DNA of 32,179 bases from Cystobasidiomycetes sp. EMM_F5 (taxonomy: Eukaryota). The notes below the pieces were generated by a model. It ran no database searches. It was not told where the DNA came from and saw nothing but the letters and a program-made list of their open reading frames with translations. This document shows positions 1 to 10,821 of the stretch, in pieces. How positions within the stretch are numbered: the stretch's first letter is position 1; each line of letters opens with the position of its first letter. The DNA lies in NCBI GenBank assembly GCA_051047955.1, contig JBPGPT010000048.1, forward strand, positions 62,001-94,179, in the 5' to 3' direction. The position numbers were made by a program, and so were the translations under genes.

Positions 1-884
1 ATCCCAAGAGCAACGCACAGAAGCAATACAGGGTGCACATCAAGCTGCACTGTACTTTCGTCAGCATGTGCTGCAGGGAGTGGCAGAAAGTAGGGAATCA
101 AATTATGGTATGTGGTTTGTATACATATTCTTCAAGAAGTAAGAAAGCTGAAACGAGCACTGTTCAATTGACACGCGTTATTACGCATACATACTCTCTT
201 ACCCTGTCGTATCTTATTACATCATCTCTACAGCCCTCCGGATAACGCCAGAAACGAAACTGGGCGATAATGAATCCATAAAAAATGTTGCTCCCGCTCC
301 GAGCTTGGACGAGATTGTAAAGAGCAAGGGAACGGCAGTCAAGAGACGGAGACGGCAAGCTGCATAGCGGGGCGTGCGCGAGACATGCTTGAGGGCGATA
401 CCTGCTCATTGATACCATCTCCAGAAATAGATGCGTATGACGGCACTGGACGAGGGTTCAATTATCGTCAATGTGTAGGCTGGAGCAACGACAGCAAGAC
501 GATACACTATCCAGGAAGAATTCAGCCTCACATCTCGTCTTCTGCGTGATCTTCGCGAGTCTTTCTAGCATTTTTATACTGACGATCATGCATAAATTTC
601 ATCATGCGCGTTTATCAGCGCAGGGAGTTGGGAGAAGTAGGACGCGGACACGGTGGACACGAGCAATGTGTGCCATAGTATATACCCTGCGCTGTCTCTG
701 TTCACATACATCGCTCGTTGTTCAACTCAAAACACTGCCCAAACCTTGCCCATTTGCGCGTGGTTTGGTATCGCCGATAGGGAGCGTCAGTTCACTAATG
801 CAGCGCCCAGCTGGCTTGCCTCTGGACTGACCGAGTTCACAGACACCACTGCTGAGACTAACTCCACAACCCACTGAGGCCGAT

Positions 885-3238
885 ATGGGCAACACTGCGT
901 CCCGTCACGGTGGTAGCGCTGACCCGTCTGGCTCGGCAATCTCGACGACGACGGCAAACAGCCCAATCAGCCCATCGTCGCCCACCGTCGGAGGCAGTAG
1001 CGGTATCCTAGACCGTAGAAGGCAGTCTCACTCTGCTGGAGTTGGTGCTGGTGCAGACGGGTCGGGCAGTCATGGTCATCCTGGGGCTGCAGCGGGTGGT
1101 GCCGTCACTGCTTCCGGACCAGCTGCCAACCCCGATCCAGGCAACAGGCAAGCGGCAGCAGCTCTGTACCATCAGGAAGCACGCATAGACAATGGCCATC
1201 TCGTTCCGCTCAGCAACATTTACCCCAACGCTCCCCAGGACTGGCTCCACGATGTCGTACAGACGCTAATCGTACAGCGAAAGATTGCCCCATTCTACCG
1301 CGGACTGGATGATTGTGACGGCGCAGACGATAACGACGATGAGAATGATGAGAGTAGCTCGTTTGACGTAGAAGCCATCAATACAGCTCTCAATAACGTA
1401 GGAGACGAGCAGGCAAAGAAGTGGAGGAGGAAGCTCTACAAAGACGCAGATCGCAAAGCAGAAGCAAACATGTATAGAAAGGCAGCAGAATGCCCAATAT
1501 GCTTCCTGTGGGTCGTTGCGCGCTTATCTTGTCACATTTTTGTAGACTGACGTTATCGCCATCCTACCGACTTCATACCTCAGCTACTACCCTCCTCTCA
1601 TCAATACTTCCAGATGCTGTGACCAGCCTATCTGTACGGAATGCTTCGTGCAGATCAAGCGTACTGACCCAACTCCAACCAATATCACCGTGAGTCATCG
1701 CTCTGTAGAAACGGAACCGGCTCTCACTGATACACCTTTTCTCATAACACCGCTATGATTGACCTGTGTTTAGAGCGAACCCGCCGCCTGCCCATACTGC
1801 GTTGAACCGAATTTCGGAGTGACGTATATTCCACCGCCAGTGTCTCACCGGACGGGTCTGGGTGCCTTGAAAAAGGGAGGATCCGGGAAGCATGCAGTCA
1901 GCTCCAACATGGAGCGTACATTGTCGGGGCAATCAGCTGCATCGTCTTCCTCGAACGGCGCGGAAGCAGAAGAAGCGGGTCCGGCTACAGCAGCTCACAA
2001 GCGCAGAAAATCCGTTTCGCACACTGCTGCAGAAGTAGTGACGACTGATTCTATACAAGAAGACTGGGAAGCAAAGTTGGCGGCTATGCGTGCAGTCGTT
2101 GCAAGGAGATCAGCTAGAAGGGTCGTGTTTCGCCAGATTGGGGAAAGGCTCGTCCCAGTGGGAATCACTTCTGGAGGAAGGGAGGTGCCGAATTCAATAA
2201 CGGATGAACAAGGTAGAATCATTCTTACTGGCCCAACGCCGATAGTGGGACAGGGTTTCGGACCACCGCCATCAAATCAGACAATGCCGGTCGGTCCTGC
2301 GGGTATTGCCATAGCAGGCTCTGCGGGAGTAGGCTCGTCCAGTGCAGCCGCAGAATCGACAGGAACGCATTCGCCGAGTCGGCTCCTAGGTCGACAGTCG
2401 AGAAGACATCGTGGTTCTACAAGCGCCAGTGCTTCGGACGTGGATCCACGTGTGTTGAATATGGGTGCAGAGTGAGTCGGTTTGCCTTTGGATTATTTCG
2501 CACAGTGCTCATTCCGTGCGATTCAGCTTGGAAGAATTGATGGTCATGGAGGCGATGAGGTTGTCGCTGCTCGACGAGGAAGAGCGACGCAAAAAGGCAG
2601 ACAAGGACGCCAAGGCCCAGACAAAGAAGGAGCCAAAGAAGCGCGGTGGTCTGTTACACGCTATCGGTAATGCCAAGCACGGTCACGATGCGGCCTCATC
2701 GGTGGAGGCTGGCCCATCTGGAACAAGCGATTCCCTATCGAGTGGTGCAGGTGTGCCAAGTACTAGCAGGAGATCGTTAGATGTACTCAGGTCATCCCTC
2801 GATCGCGGTCATCGCTCCTCTGTTGACAAGCAGCACCAGCAGGATCGAGATAGGTCAGTCTCGGTGTCCGAGGCCGAATCTGCAGGTGCGAGCACGAGCA
2901 CCGGCCGAAGCACGCCGCCACGACCGAGAGATACAATCGCAGAGCCCGAAACATACGCCGCTACATCATCATCGTCGCAAGTGCCATCACCCTCTCAGAG
3001 TCGAAGTAAGCGTAGCAACCAAAACAATTCGAGCGTGCATTTCAGTACGAATCAATCACCCTTTCTTCGCATGCCGCCTATGGCCAGAAATGACTCCACG
3101 GCAAGCATGTCGCAAGTCAACATGTTCCTTCCCCCTCCTATGGTGCCGAGCAAAGCAAGTGCTGCTCCGCCCGCAATGCACGATGGCAATGGTGGTGTGA
3201 GGCAACTTACGCAGGAGGAAATGAGCGACCTATTGTGA
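885..3238 (+). CDS. SIP5: Sip5-like protein (RING-like Cys domain, Snf1/Reg1-interacting family); 4 exons: 885-1507, 1584-1689, 1774-2471, 2527-3238
   Basis: Starts MGN (possible myristoylation). Contains [15 protein letters not shown]...[12 protein letters not shown]. Splicing the GT..AG introns restores [51 protein letters not shown] and the C-terminal [15 protein letters not shown] motif, all characteristic of fungal Sip5. Confidence 0.9.
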
Positions 3239-3870
3239 AGTTGCATACCATCTTGCGGTATGATGATTGCAGCCTGAGTCTTCTTTTTGTGGCTATTTAG
3301 ACTTTACGTTGCTGTTGTTTTGAGCCGAAGTTTGTCAGAGCAATAGCAAGTCTGTTTTTGGTACGTTGTCCCCTTCTTCGTTGTACATTCTCAGTTGGTA
3401 CCCGCGACTACTAGAAGGGCTCTACATGGACAGGGTACGCCCAATTTGTGATTCGGTTGTCTTTACACAAGCCCGAACAGGCTTGCATCCGGGTGATGGC
3501 ATTCGCGCTAGGACTGCCCTGCTATACGAATTTCAGGCGGAGTATGATATTGTCAATCTTCGTCTTCCGTTCCAATCCAACCGGTCAGTGGAGACAGCAC
3601 CGGCAGCTCCAGGGAGTCGGGACCTGACGGGTCCCGATCCAAACTCCAATAGTCTGTTCTGCGGCGCGATGGCACTATTTCAGCAACTGAATGTGTTCTC
3701 AAGCCTATGATTTACATACATCAGTGTCTGACGGTACTTCCTTACGTCTCGCACCCGAGCATTCAAAGGAAAGTCTTCGTCGCTCGGCTCCAGAGGCGCC
3801 TGAAAATAACGCAATAACCGTGTCCTATGCGACAATTAGCGTTGCATGGGCATGCACTCAAACAATGTGC

Positions 3871-5398
3871 TCACATTGGCATACTTATCAAGTAATCCCA
3901 CAGCCCAAACCCCGATTTGCAAGTCGACTGTAACTTTTGACCGAAAGCCCAGTCATTGGGGATAGTAAACTGCATATACAAATGAGGGATGCGCGCCAAA
4001 GTATTGCGAGCTTCCGTTGCTTGAACGTGATAGACCGCCTCCGTCACGATCATGTGAGCTCTGGCGGCTAATCTCCACTTTTTCTCACTTGCAGACCAAT
4101 TGATGTCTTCATCCCAAAGGTAAGGGATCCCGCAGCCTGCGCTACAGTAATACTGCCTCATCCAGCGATGAGCCAACGTCTCAGCATACGTTGTGATACG
4201 TTGTTGCAGCATTGGCCAGGACAGCCGCAGGTGAAAATATGACAGTTGCGAACCGTACAAGCCAATTTGACTTTTTATTGTATCAAAGGTTGTTTCCGTC
4301 ACATACCAAATCCTCAGTGTCAGGTGGCGCAGGCGCGGAGCTGAGGTTGGAAAATCAATTTCCAGGTGTCCTATCTGCACGTCCAGAGCCTCCAAGGCAG
4401 GGAGACCTTCCAATATCAGGCGTAACAAAATCAAGTACGAGTCGTCGTCCGCCTCTCCTGGCGGGCCTGCATCATTATCGAACAAATCCAGACGTCGCAG
4501 ATTGCGTCCGAATTGCGAATTGTCCTGTAGATTGTGAAATAAGTCGAGCAGGTTGAAGTGTGTACCAGGGGTGGAGTAGGTGCAGCGAGGAAGTATCCTC
4601 AGATGTGCAACGACATCCGATAAATTGCAGGCCTTGCAGAGAACACGTATGCTCCTGACTTCGCTGAGTTGGTCAAACTGCTCCACGACAGTGGCGATAT
4701 CGGGTATTGGACACTTGTACACGTGCAGCAGCTCCAAGTATTGCAGCTGCTTTTGCCAGCCGGCCAGAGCGTTCCGAAATCCAGCGGACTTTATGCGGTA
4801 GTCCATCTCATAGAGGGCAAGTATACGGGGTCGAAGGTGTGCTGCCCACAAGCCTATGTAATGAAGCACTGTGTGCGAACACAGGAGCAGACATAGCTTA
4901 TACAATCCGGCCAAAGCAGACGAACGTAATAGTGTCTCCAATCCGGACGCGAAAAGTATGGCCCCGCCATCTGGCAGGTCGCTGCCACCGATGGATAACA
5001 TCCTTATCGTTCCGGTCGGTAGTGCGGCCAGGAAGGCGTTGCGCTCACGTGCTCGCTTGTTAGAGGAGATGAAGATACAAATGTACCCGAACAATTCGCG
5101 CTGAGCGATCCAACGGAGCTTTCTGCAGCAAAGAGACAGGTTCTTGATGTTGCCTATACTGTTCGGGAAGCCACGGAGATGGGCAGCGATGGATTGCAGA
5201 ATACCATCAGGCAGGTCGAGAAAAGGCGATACGTTGGCTGAAGCTGCTGTATGAGACAGAAATGGATGTGGTTCATTAGTATGCTGGGTGCTGATTGTTG
5301 CTCACTTCTGCAGGGACTGGTGCCAGTGATGTGATGCTAGTCAACTCACCTTTGTCAGCAGGCTCGATGAACTGTAGCCTGCGCTGTATGAGAGGCAT
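3871..5398 (-). CDS. F-box protein with an LRR-like C-terminal region; exons approx 5398-5350 and 5246-3871 (3' end uncertain, a further intron near 3885-3827 is possible)
   Basis: The ORF-track ORF 3871-5094 extends upstream without a stop to FLDLPDGILQSIAAHL...NLSLCCRKLRWIAQRELF, an F-box consensus. Downstream LxxLxL repeats (LQYLELL, LRRLDLF, LEALDV, LRHLTLR, LSYFHLR). Intron GTGAGT...CTAAT...CAG 5349-5247 is phase-compatible with an ATG at 5398. Confidence 0.7.
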
Positions 5399-5789
5399 TA
5401 CGCGAATGACCTATGGTAGGAAAGGAGATAGCAGAGATGAGAAGGAAGAGTGAGCACAGCCAGCGTCTTGACTAGGTTGGGCTGCCATTCTTGTCCGACA
5501 ATCTGACCTGTCAAACGGTCAGACAAAATGTCAAGCTCGCGCGCTGTCAGTGTGAACGAGGCTGCTGCAGCCTCTGCCACGGGCATGTTAACGTTGGTAC
5601 GGATGTGATTTGCATGGTGCCCGCATGCTGTCAGATGTGCCACGCCCAAAGGAGCAAGACCGTCAAATAGTCTCCAAAGCTTTGAGATCCCCTAGTGGAC
5701 GCATCATAATCGGCCGGCTTGAAGTAAGGTGTGCCGCCTACCCGCTCCATCCCCGCAAAAGTCTAAGCGTAACCTGCTACATATGTGTC

Positions 5790-6446
5790 CTACCATTGAA
5801 CTCCACTGTACTCGCCCAACTTCCTAGCCCTAGCCTCCAGCGCCAAACGACGGGATCGAGCTCCAGCTGTGGCAGACAGACCGGCACAAGCGATTCTGGT
5901 CACGGACTTTCGCCCGGGACCGCAGCTACAGATGGTCGTATAAGTAGTGACAGTATCTCCGGGTGCAACACCGCTTGTGGCTGTCACAGTATCACCAAGG
6001 GAGGGTGAACAAGAAGCTTGGATATTCCGTCCTGCAAACAGGTCGTCAGGATCATTCTGACGGCTGGCATGCATCCGGAACACCCCTTCCGGCTTGTACG
6101 CTCACCGTAATTGAGTCTGGTAGAATTTGGTGCCCGCGGTATACTGTACTCTAGGGAAGTCTGCTGCGAGGCTGCATGAAGAGAACTGAGCGGAAAAGCT
6201 TATTCCGATGCATGCTGCCGAGCTCGGTCAGCTTCACACATGGCGGCATTAGAACTTTGACACACTACTGCTTGCAGAACAGAGGGTTTGGCAAATAGCC
6301 AGCGTCGTCGCACTCTGAGAAGAGGTTGTTGCATCAGGCAAGACTGTAAGGCCACCTGCCGGGGCGTCGTAGCCCTGGTAGAACTGTGCATATGCAGATC
6401 CTATCAGGGAGACGATGAGCAGGACGATGTAGGGAGTGTCTAGCAT
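5790..6446 (-). CDS. Small secreted Cys-containing protein with a PAN/apple-like module; multi-exon, 3' structure unresolved
   Basis: Signal peptide MLDTPYIVLLIVSLIGSAYA. Splicing GTGTGT...GCTGAC...CAG gives TLAICQTLCSASSTCIGISFSAQFSSCSL, a PAN-type CxxxC..C....C spacing. A likely downstream exon (GRNIQASC...TICSCGPG...) lies at 5790-6040, but I could not join it in phase. Confidence 0.5.
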
Positions 6447-7548
6447 GATTGGAGGCGTGTTGAGGCTGCTGGACAGCTGCAGACCAGAGGCGCACCAGTT
6501 GGTCAGCTGCAGCGGGAAGCCTGCCTCCTGCTCACGCTGCTTCTGAGCTTCTGATTACTGCCGGCCAATTGATCAGCAGTGAGTATATTGCTCTGCTTCC
6601 GGATGTCACCACGTACTGTGCCTTATATCTCGAATCCCTGACCTGAAGCAGGTCCAGCGGGGAGATAAGGTTCTGACTTACGAGCCGCACGAGCCACAAA
6701 GCAGGATGCGAGCAGCTGCAGCGACAAGCCCGTGCAAGCGAGCCAGAAGGGATCAGCTTTCAGCCCATAATGTTGCGTCAGATGATTGTCGGAATTTCCC
6801 GTCAGTCTTTGTTGTACAGCGCTTTTTGGCCTCGTCCAGACGGGCGCGGTTTCGCTGAGTCGAGGTGCACAGTGCACGTCGACAGCAGGTGCGACACTGC
6901 GAGTGCTGACAGCCTAGCATGCCGAGTCCTTCCATCCATCCAGTGATAGATTGTCAGTCCCGCGAGTTTGTGTTTATCGTCAAAGACTGGCCAGACGGGA
7001 GCTGAGTTCAAGCAGCCCTCTCGACTATGCTGCGATAACACTGCCATAGTGTGTGTTGTGGGGGTCTCGAGCAAGCGGTGCGCATATCGTCCCTCACTCT
7101 CGCCTGGCAGCCAGTCCGGAACGTCTTCGAGGTCGAACTCGTCCATATATCCAAGCTGACGGTCATGACGGCTGACTCCGAGCTGACACTCCTGATAACA
7201 TTCCCACCACGTCCTCGTCGAGTTGGTGCAGCGTCCAGCCATGCCCCTCTCAAACGGGCCAAGGTGGCCGGCGACCCGCCACCTTGTACCTTCTTTGAGC
7301 AAGTGATGCACTGACCAGGATATACCGAAAAGGCAGAAGCTTCGAAGCAAGTGTACACCCTGACCAGCTGAAGCTGCATGCCATAATGCGTCTCGTTTCA
7401 GAGGGCTAGCTTGACTCTCTTCCATCACTTTCGTATACTTTCCACCCTGCGGAAATCCACAAGACGACCTGCACCACACCGCGGTGCACCCAGAGACCCG
7501 TCCTGCACACTCCCTACACCACACTCACTTCCACTCTACTTCCGCGCC

Positions 7549-9246
7549 ATGATCAATGTCTTTTGCAAATGTTTCATCAGTCTTCTCCTCGCAGCAACAA
7601 CGCTCGTCTCCGCAGCTCCTTTAGTCGAGCAGAATAAACGAGACGTCCACCTCGAGGGGTCTACTCAGATCCTTACTGGCTTCTCTGCCAAGATCAACAT
7701 TGCTGCTTCGACGAACATCATCTGGCTGCCAAATGGTGCACCTTCAACAGTCACGGTAGTGCCAACGACGACGGTGACAGCAGCGACTACGACAATAACC
7801 AGCACCGCGGCTACAACAACAATCTTGCAGACGGTGACATCTGCAGTTACAACTACGGTGTTGTCGCAAGCCTCTCAGGCGGTCTTCTCAAGCATACCGC
7901 AGACTAGCTCGTCTCCATCAAAGCCCGCTGCTTCAGCTTCGGCGTCAGTTGCGCCATCGACCGGCTCCTCATCACCATCCGGTGCAATCAACGCAGTCTA
8001 CTATCCTGATTGGATAGCTGGCTCATTGCCTCCCTCGGCCGTGGACTATACGCTCTTCGATGTCATCTACTTCTGTGCGCATATCACTACTCATATTGTT
8101 GACAACATCTGCTGACTGTGCTGTCTCACAGCATTTGCTATCCCAGACAACAATTTGGGTCTATACTTCACCCAGGACAACTCGATCTCAATTCTTCGAG
8201 ATCTAGTGACGAGGACCCACGCAGCCGGCAAGAGAGTGTGCATCACCATCGGCGGATGGACGGGCAGCCAATACTTTTCTAATTCAGTCTCGTCCGACGC
8301 GAATCGCCAGACCTTCGCTTCCAACATCGCAAAAATGGTCAGTCTGTACGGCGTTGATGGTGTCGATCTAGACTGGGAATACCCAGGTCAAGCGGGCGCA
8401 AGCGGCAACATCATCACCAACAATGACTCTGCGAACCTTTTACTCTTCTTGCAAGTTCTGCGCCAAAAGCTGGGTAGTAGCAGTATCATCTCGTTAGCTA
8501 CTCCCCTCAACGTATGGTACGGCAACAATGGTCAGCCGATGAAGGACGTCTCGCAATACGCGCAATACATCGACCATGTCCTTTTGATGAACTATGATGT
8601 TTGGGGAGCGACAAACGCACCGAATGCTCCCTTGTCAGTGTGTGATGTCAAGACATCGTCGCAGCCGTACGCCAACGCGCAAGGTGGCGTAGCTGCTTGG
8701 AAGGCTGCTGGTATGCCCGCCAACAAGATCATGCTGGGTATCGCATCGTACGGATACGTCGCAAGCTCTTCAGCCACTACATTGAACCATCGTCGTCGGT
8801 CGCTCTTCAACGTGATGGAGGTAGCTCGCGAGAAGGCAATGAAGACTCGCTCACAGCAGGTTTTGAGCAATGCTCGACTGATACACAGTCGATTGGCACG
8901 CGAACGCATCCAAGAGCGAGGCGTCAACCTTGCTTCTTACGCTGGTTCATCCATCGAGTTTTCGGCAATCATGGACTCTGGCGCTCTGGCCTATAGCGCA
9001 ACCGCCGGCTGGTCCGGCCAGAACGGCTATACGCAGAGCTGGGACACTTGCAGTCAAACACCTTACTTGTACAATACAGACGCCTCCATCGTCGTGACGT
9101 ACGACGACACTAAATCACTCCAGCTCAAGGGTAACTTTGCTGCTCAACAAGGTTTACGCGGATTAGGAATGTGGGATATCTCGGGCGATACAGATAGTTG
9201 GATTTTGACAAAGGCCGCAAGGGCCGGACTTGGGCTGAGTTCATAA
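7549..9246 (+). CDS. Secreted GH18 chitinase; exons 7549-8074 and 8132-9246
   Basis: Signal peptide, KR site (EQNKR), T/S-rich linker, then YYPDW, ITIGGWTGS, catalytic DGVDLDWEYP, LMNYD, LGIASYG, WD..SQTPYL, YDD and GLGMW. Intron GTGCGC...GCTGAC...CAG at 8075-8131. Confidence 0.93.
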
Positions 9247-9486
9247 GTTTTGGGGAACTCGGCAAGGGGCATAGAGGGAAGAAGTATACGGGCAGTACCA
9301 CAAAGGCGAGACCTTTTGTATCCATAATCGTGACGACGGACATTAGGGCTCAAGGGAAGAATGGAGGGCTTGAAGCAGTCAGTACGCAAATGGTGTAGCC
9401 ATCTGAAATTCGATTACAAACGCGATTTACAACAGTGTTTCCATTCTTGCATCGCCCACACTTGCCACTGGCTTCCGTACACTTGA

Positions 9487-9881
9487 TCAAATACGATGGT
9501 GACGATGATGATGGCGCTTGTGCTTGAGACCGAGCTTGATGCCGAGGCGTTCAATAACAGTACCAATCTTGCGATGTGGGATCTCGCTCCTCGGAACGCG
9601 CTGGAAGTGATAGGCATCATACATTAAGAAATCTCCGGGTCATCCTCTGAAAATGGGATACTAACCTGTGCCTTCAAGTCTGCTCGAGCTCGTGATGCAC
9701 CACGCCACGATACATAGGGATTGTTGATGGCGCCCTGGAAGAGTCAAACTCTGTATAAGCAAGGCTTATTTCGAACTGATTCAGACTCATTCGCATATTT
9801 TACCTTTAGTCCTGCTATGCTGCGGTCACTGTCAACATAGTGTATGCGTGTGCGGCCCGTGGTAGTATACTTAGTAGGCAT
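9487..9881 (-). CDS. Small basic Con-6-like (conidiation protein 6 type) protein, 86 aa, His-rich C-terminus; exons 9881-9804, 9734-9666, 9600-9487
   Basis: Two GT..AG introns, both phase 0, give MPTKYTTTGRTRIHYVDSDRSIAGLK|GAINNPYVSWRGASRARADLKAQ|RVPRSEIPHRKIGTVIERLGIKLGLKHKRHHHRHHRI*. The segment 'R.IAGLK.AI.NP.VS....A...L' resembles the Con-6 repeat. Confidence 0.72.
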
Positions 9882-10163
9882 GATTGCGGGTAACAAGGGA
9901 AGAGATGTATTTCGACGAGAGCAGAGGTGAGCAGAGGTGAGTCGCAACACAAGTCTTAGAAGCGGAGCCCGTGAGCTTTTGGCATGTCGTGATTGGGACG
10001 TCATGCTCGACATGCTTTGACATCCAGCCGTTGAAATGACGTTTCGTGTTTGACATTGTCATATTCAAACGCAGCATACGTGCACGATGTCGTACTTTGT
10101 GTAGAGATACAGATACACAAAATGAGTCATGGCCAGGGCGTTACGTGTATAGCCCTCCATCAT

Positions 10164-10669
10164 CTAGTAGACGAGCCAGCCCTCCTTCTTCAATTCTTCG
10201 AGAGGGTCGCTCCATGTAATGACCTTTTCTCCCTGTGCATCCCGGGGACTGCGTTGTAATTGCTTGAAGCTGTCTACATTCTCACCCTCGATTCCGCTAC
10301 CGCCATAGAGATGGGGGAATGCCTCGCCCGACGACGTAGGCTCCCACCGCACTTCTTTGAATGCAGACAACCGCTTGTAGTCGAGCTTGAGCAGCACTAC
10401 CTCGTCGTGGTTTGCAAAGAAGCGGTTCAGGGTGTTTGGGAGCTGAGCTGCAGTCGACAGATGGACGTAACCGTCCTTCAAGTCGAGCTCGGGCAATGCA
10501 AACGAGTGCGACCTGATGGTAGCCGGCTGTCAGAGGAATACCGACGCATACTGCCATTCCTGACTGCTCACGCTGGTATCGGGACTGGAAATAGAAATCG
10601 AGGATTTGTGTTTGCCGTTTCCAGGATCTTGTAGACGTAGGTCGGGAGAGTGCTGGGAGCTGCAGCCAT
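10164..10669 (-). CDS. DUF952 family protein; exons 10669-10572 and 10512-10164
   Basis: PTYVYKIL...LPELDLKDGYVHLSTAAQLPNTLNRFF...VVLLKL...VRWE....FPHLYG matches the DUF952 consensus (YKI..D..DGFIHLST..Q...F..WE..FPHLYG). Intron GTGAGC...CTGAC...CAG. Confidence 0.9.
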
Positions 10670-10821
10670 GGCGGACGATGTAGCTCGGGGAGTGCTGAGG
10701 CCGACAGACTGCAGGATGCGCGAGAGCATGAAGATATTGAAGATTATTATTCAAAGAGTCGGACAGCTTTCAACGCGTAGACTGGCTTCATCATTGATAT
10801 TGTTACCAAAAGCAGCCTTTC
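10670..10821. promoter_or_regulatory. Short divergent intergenic region between DUF952 and ORC5, with an MluI-box (ACGCGT) at 10773-10778
   Basis: Only 152 bp separate the two start codons. The ACGCGT hexamer starts 49 bp upstream of the ORC5 ATG. Confidence 0.4.

Noticed and set aside
1..418. Possible 5' part of a minus-strand multi-exon gene (ATG at 418, splice-like signals)
   Set aside because: No recognisable protein and no unique exon chain could be built within the window.
3366..3710. 114-aa plus-strand ORF
   Set aside because: TTG start, no recognisable motifs, and it lies in the 3' region of convergent genes.
5398..5649. 83-aa minus-strand ORF upstream of the F-box gene
   Set aside because: No motif. 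The ATG at 5398 gives a simpler phase-consistent first exon. It could be UTR or a uORF.
6802..7524. 240-aa minus-strand ORF
   Set aside because: GTG start and no recognisable domain. It occupies the presumed chitinase promoter and 5' UTR.
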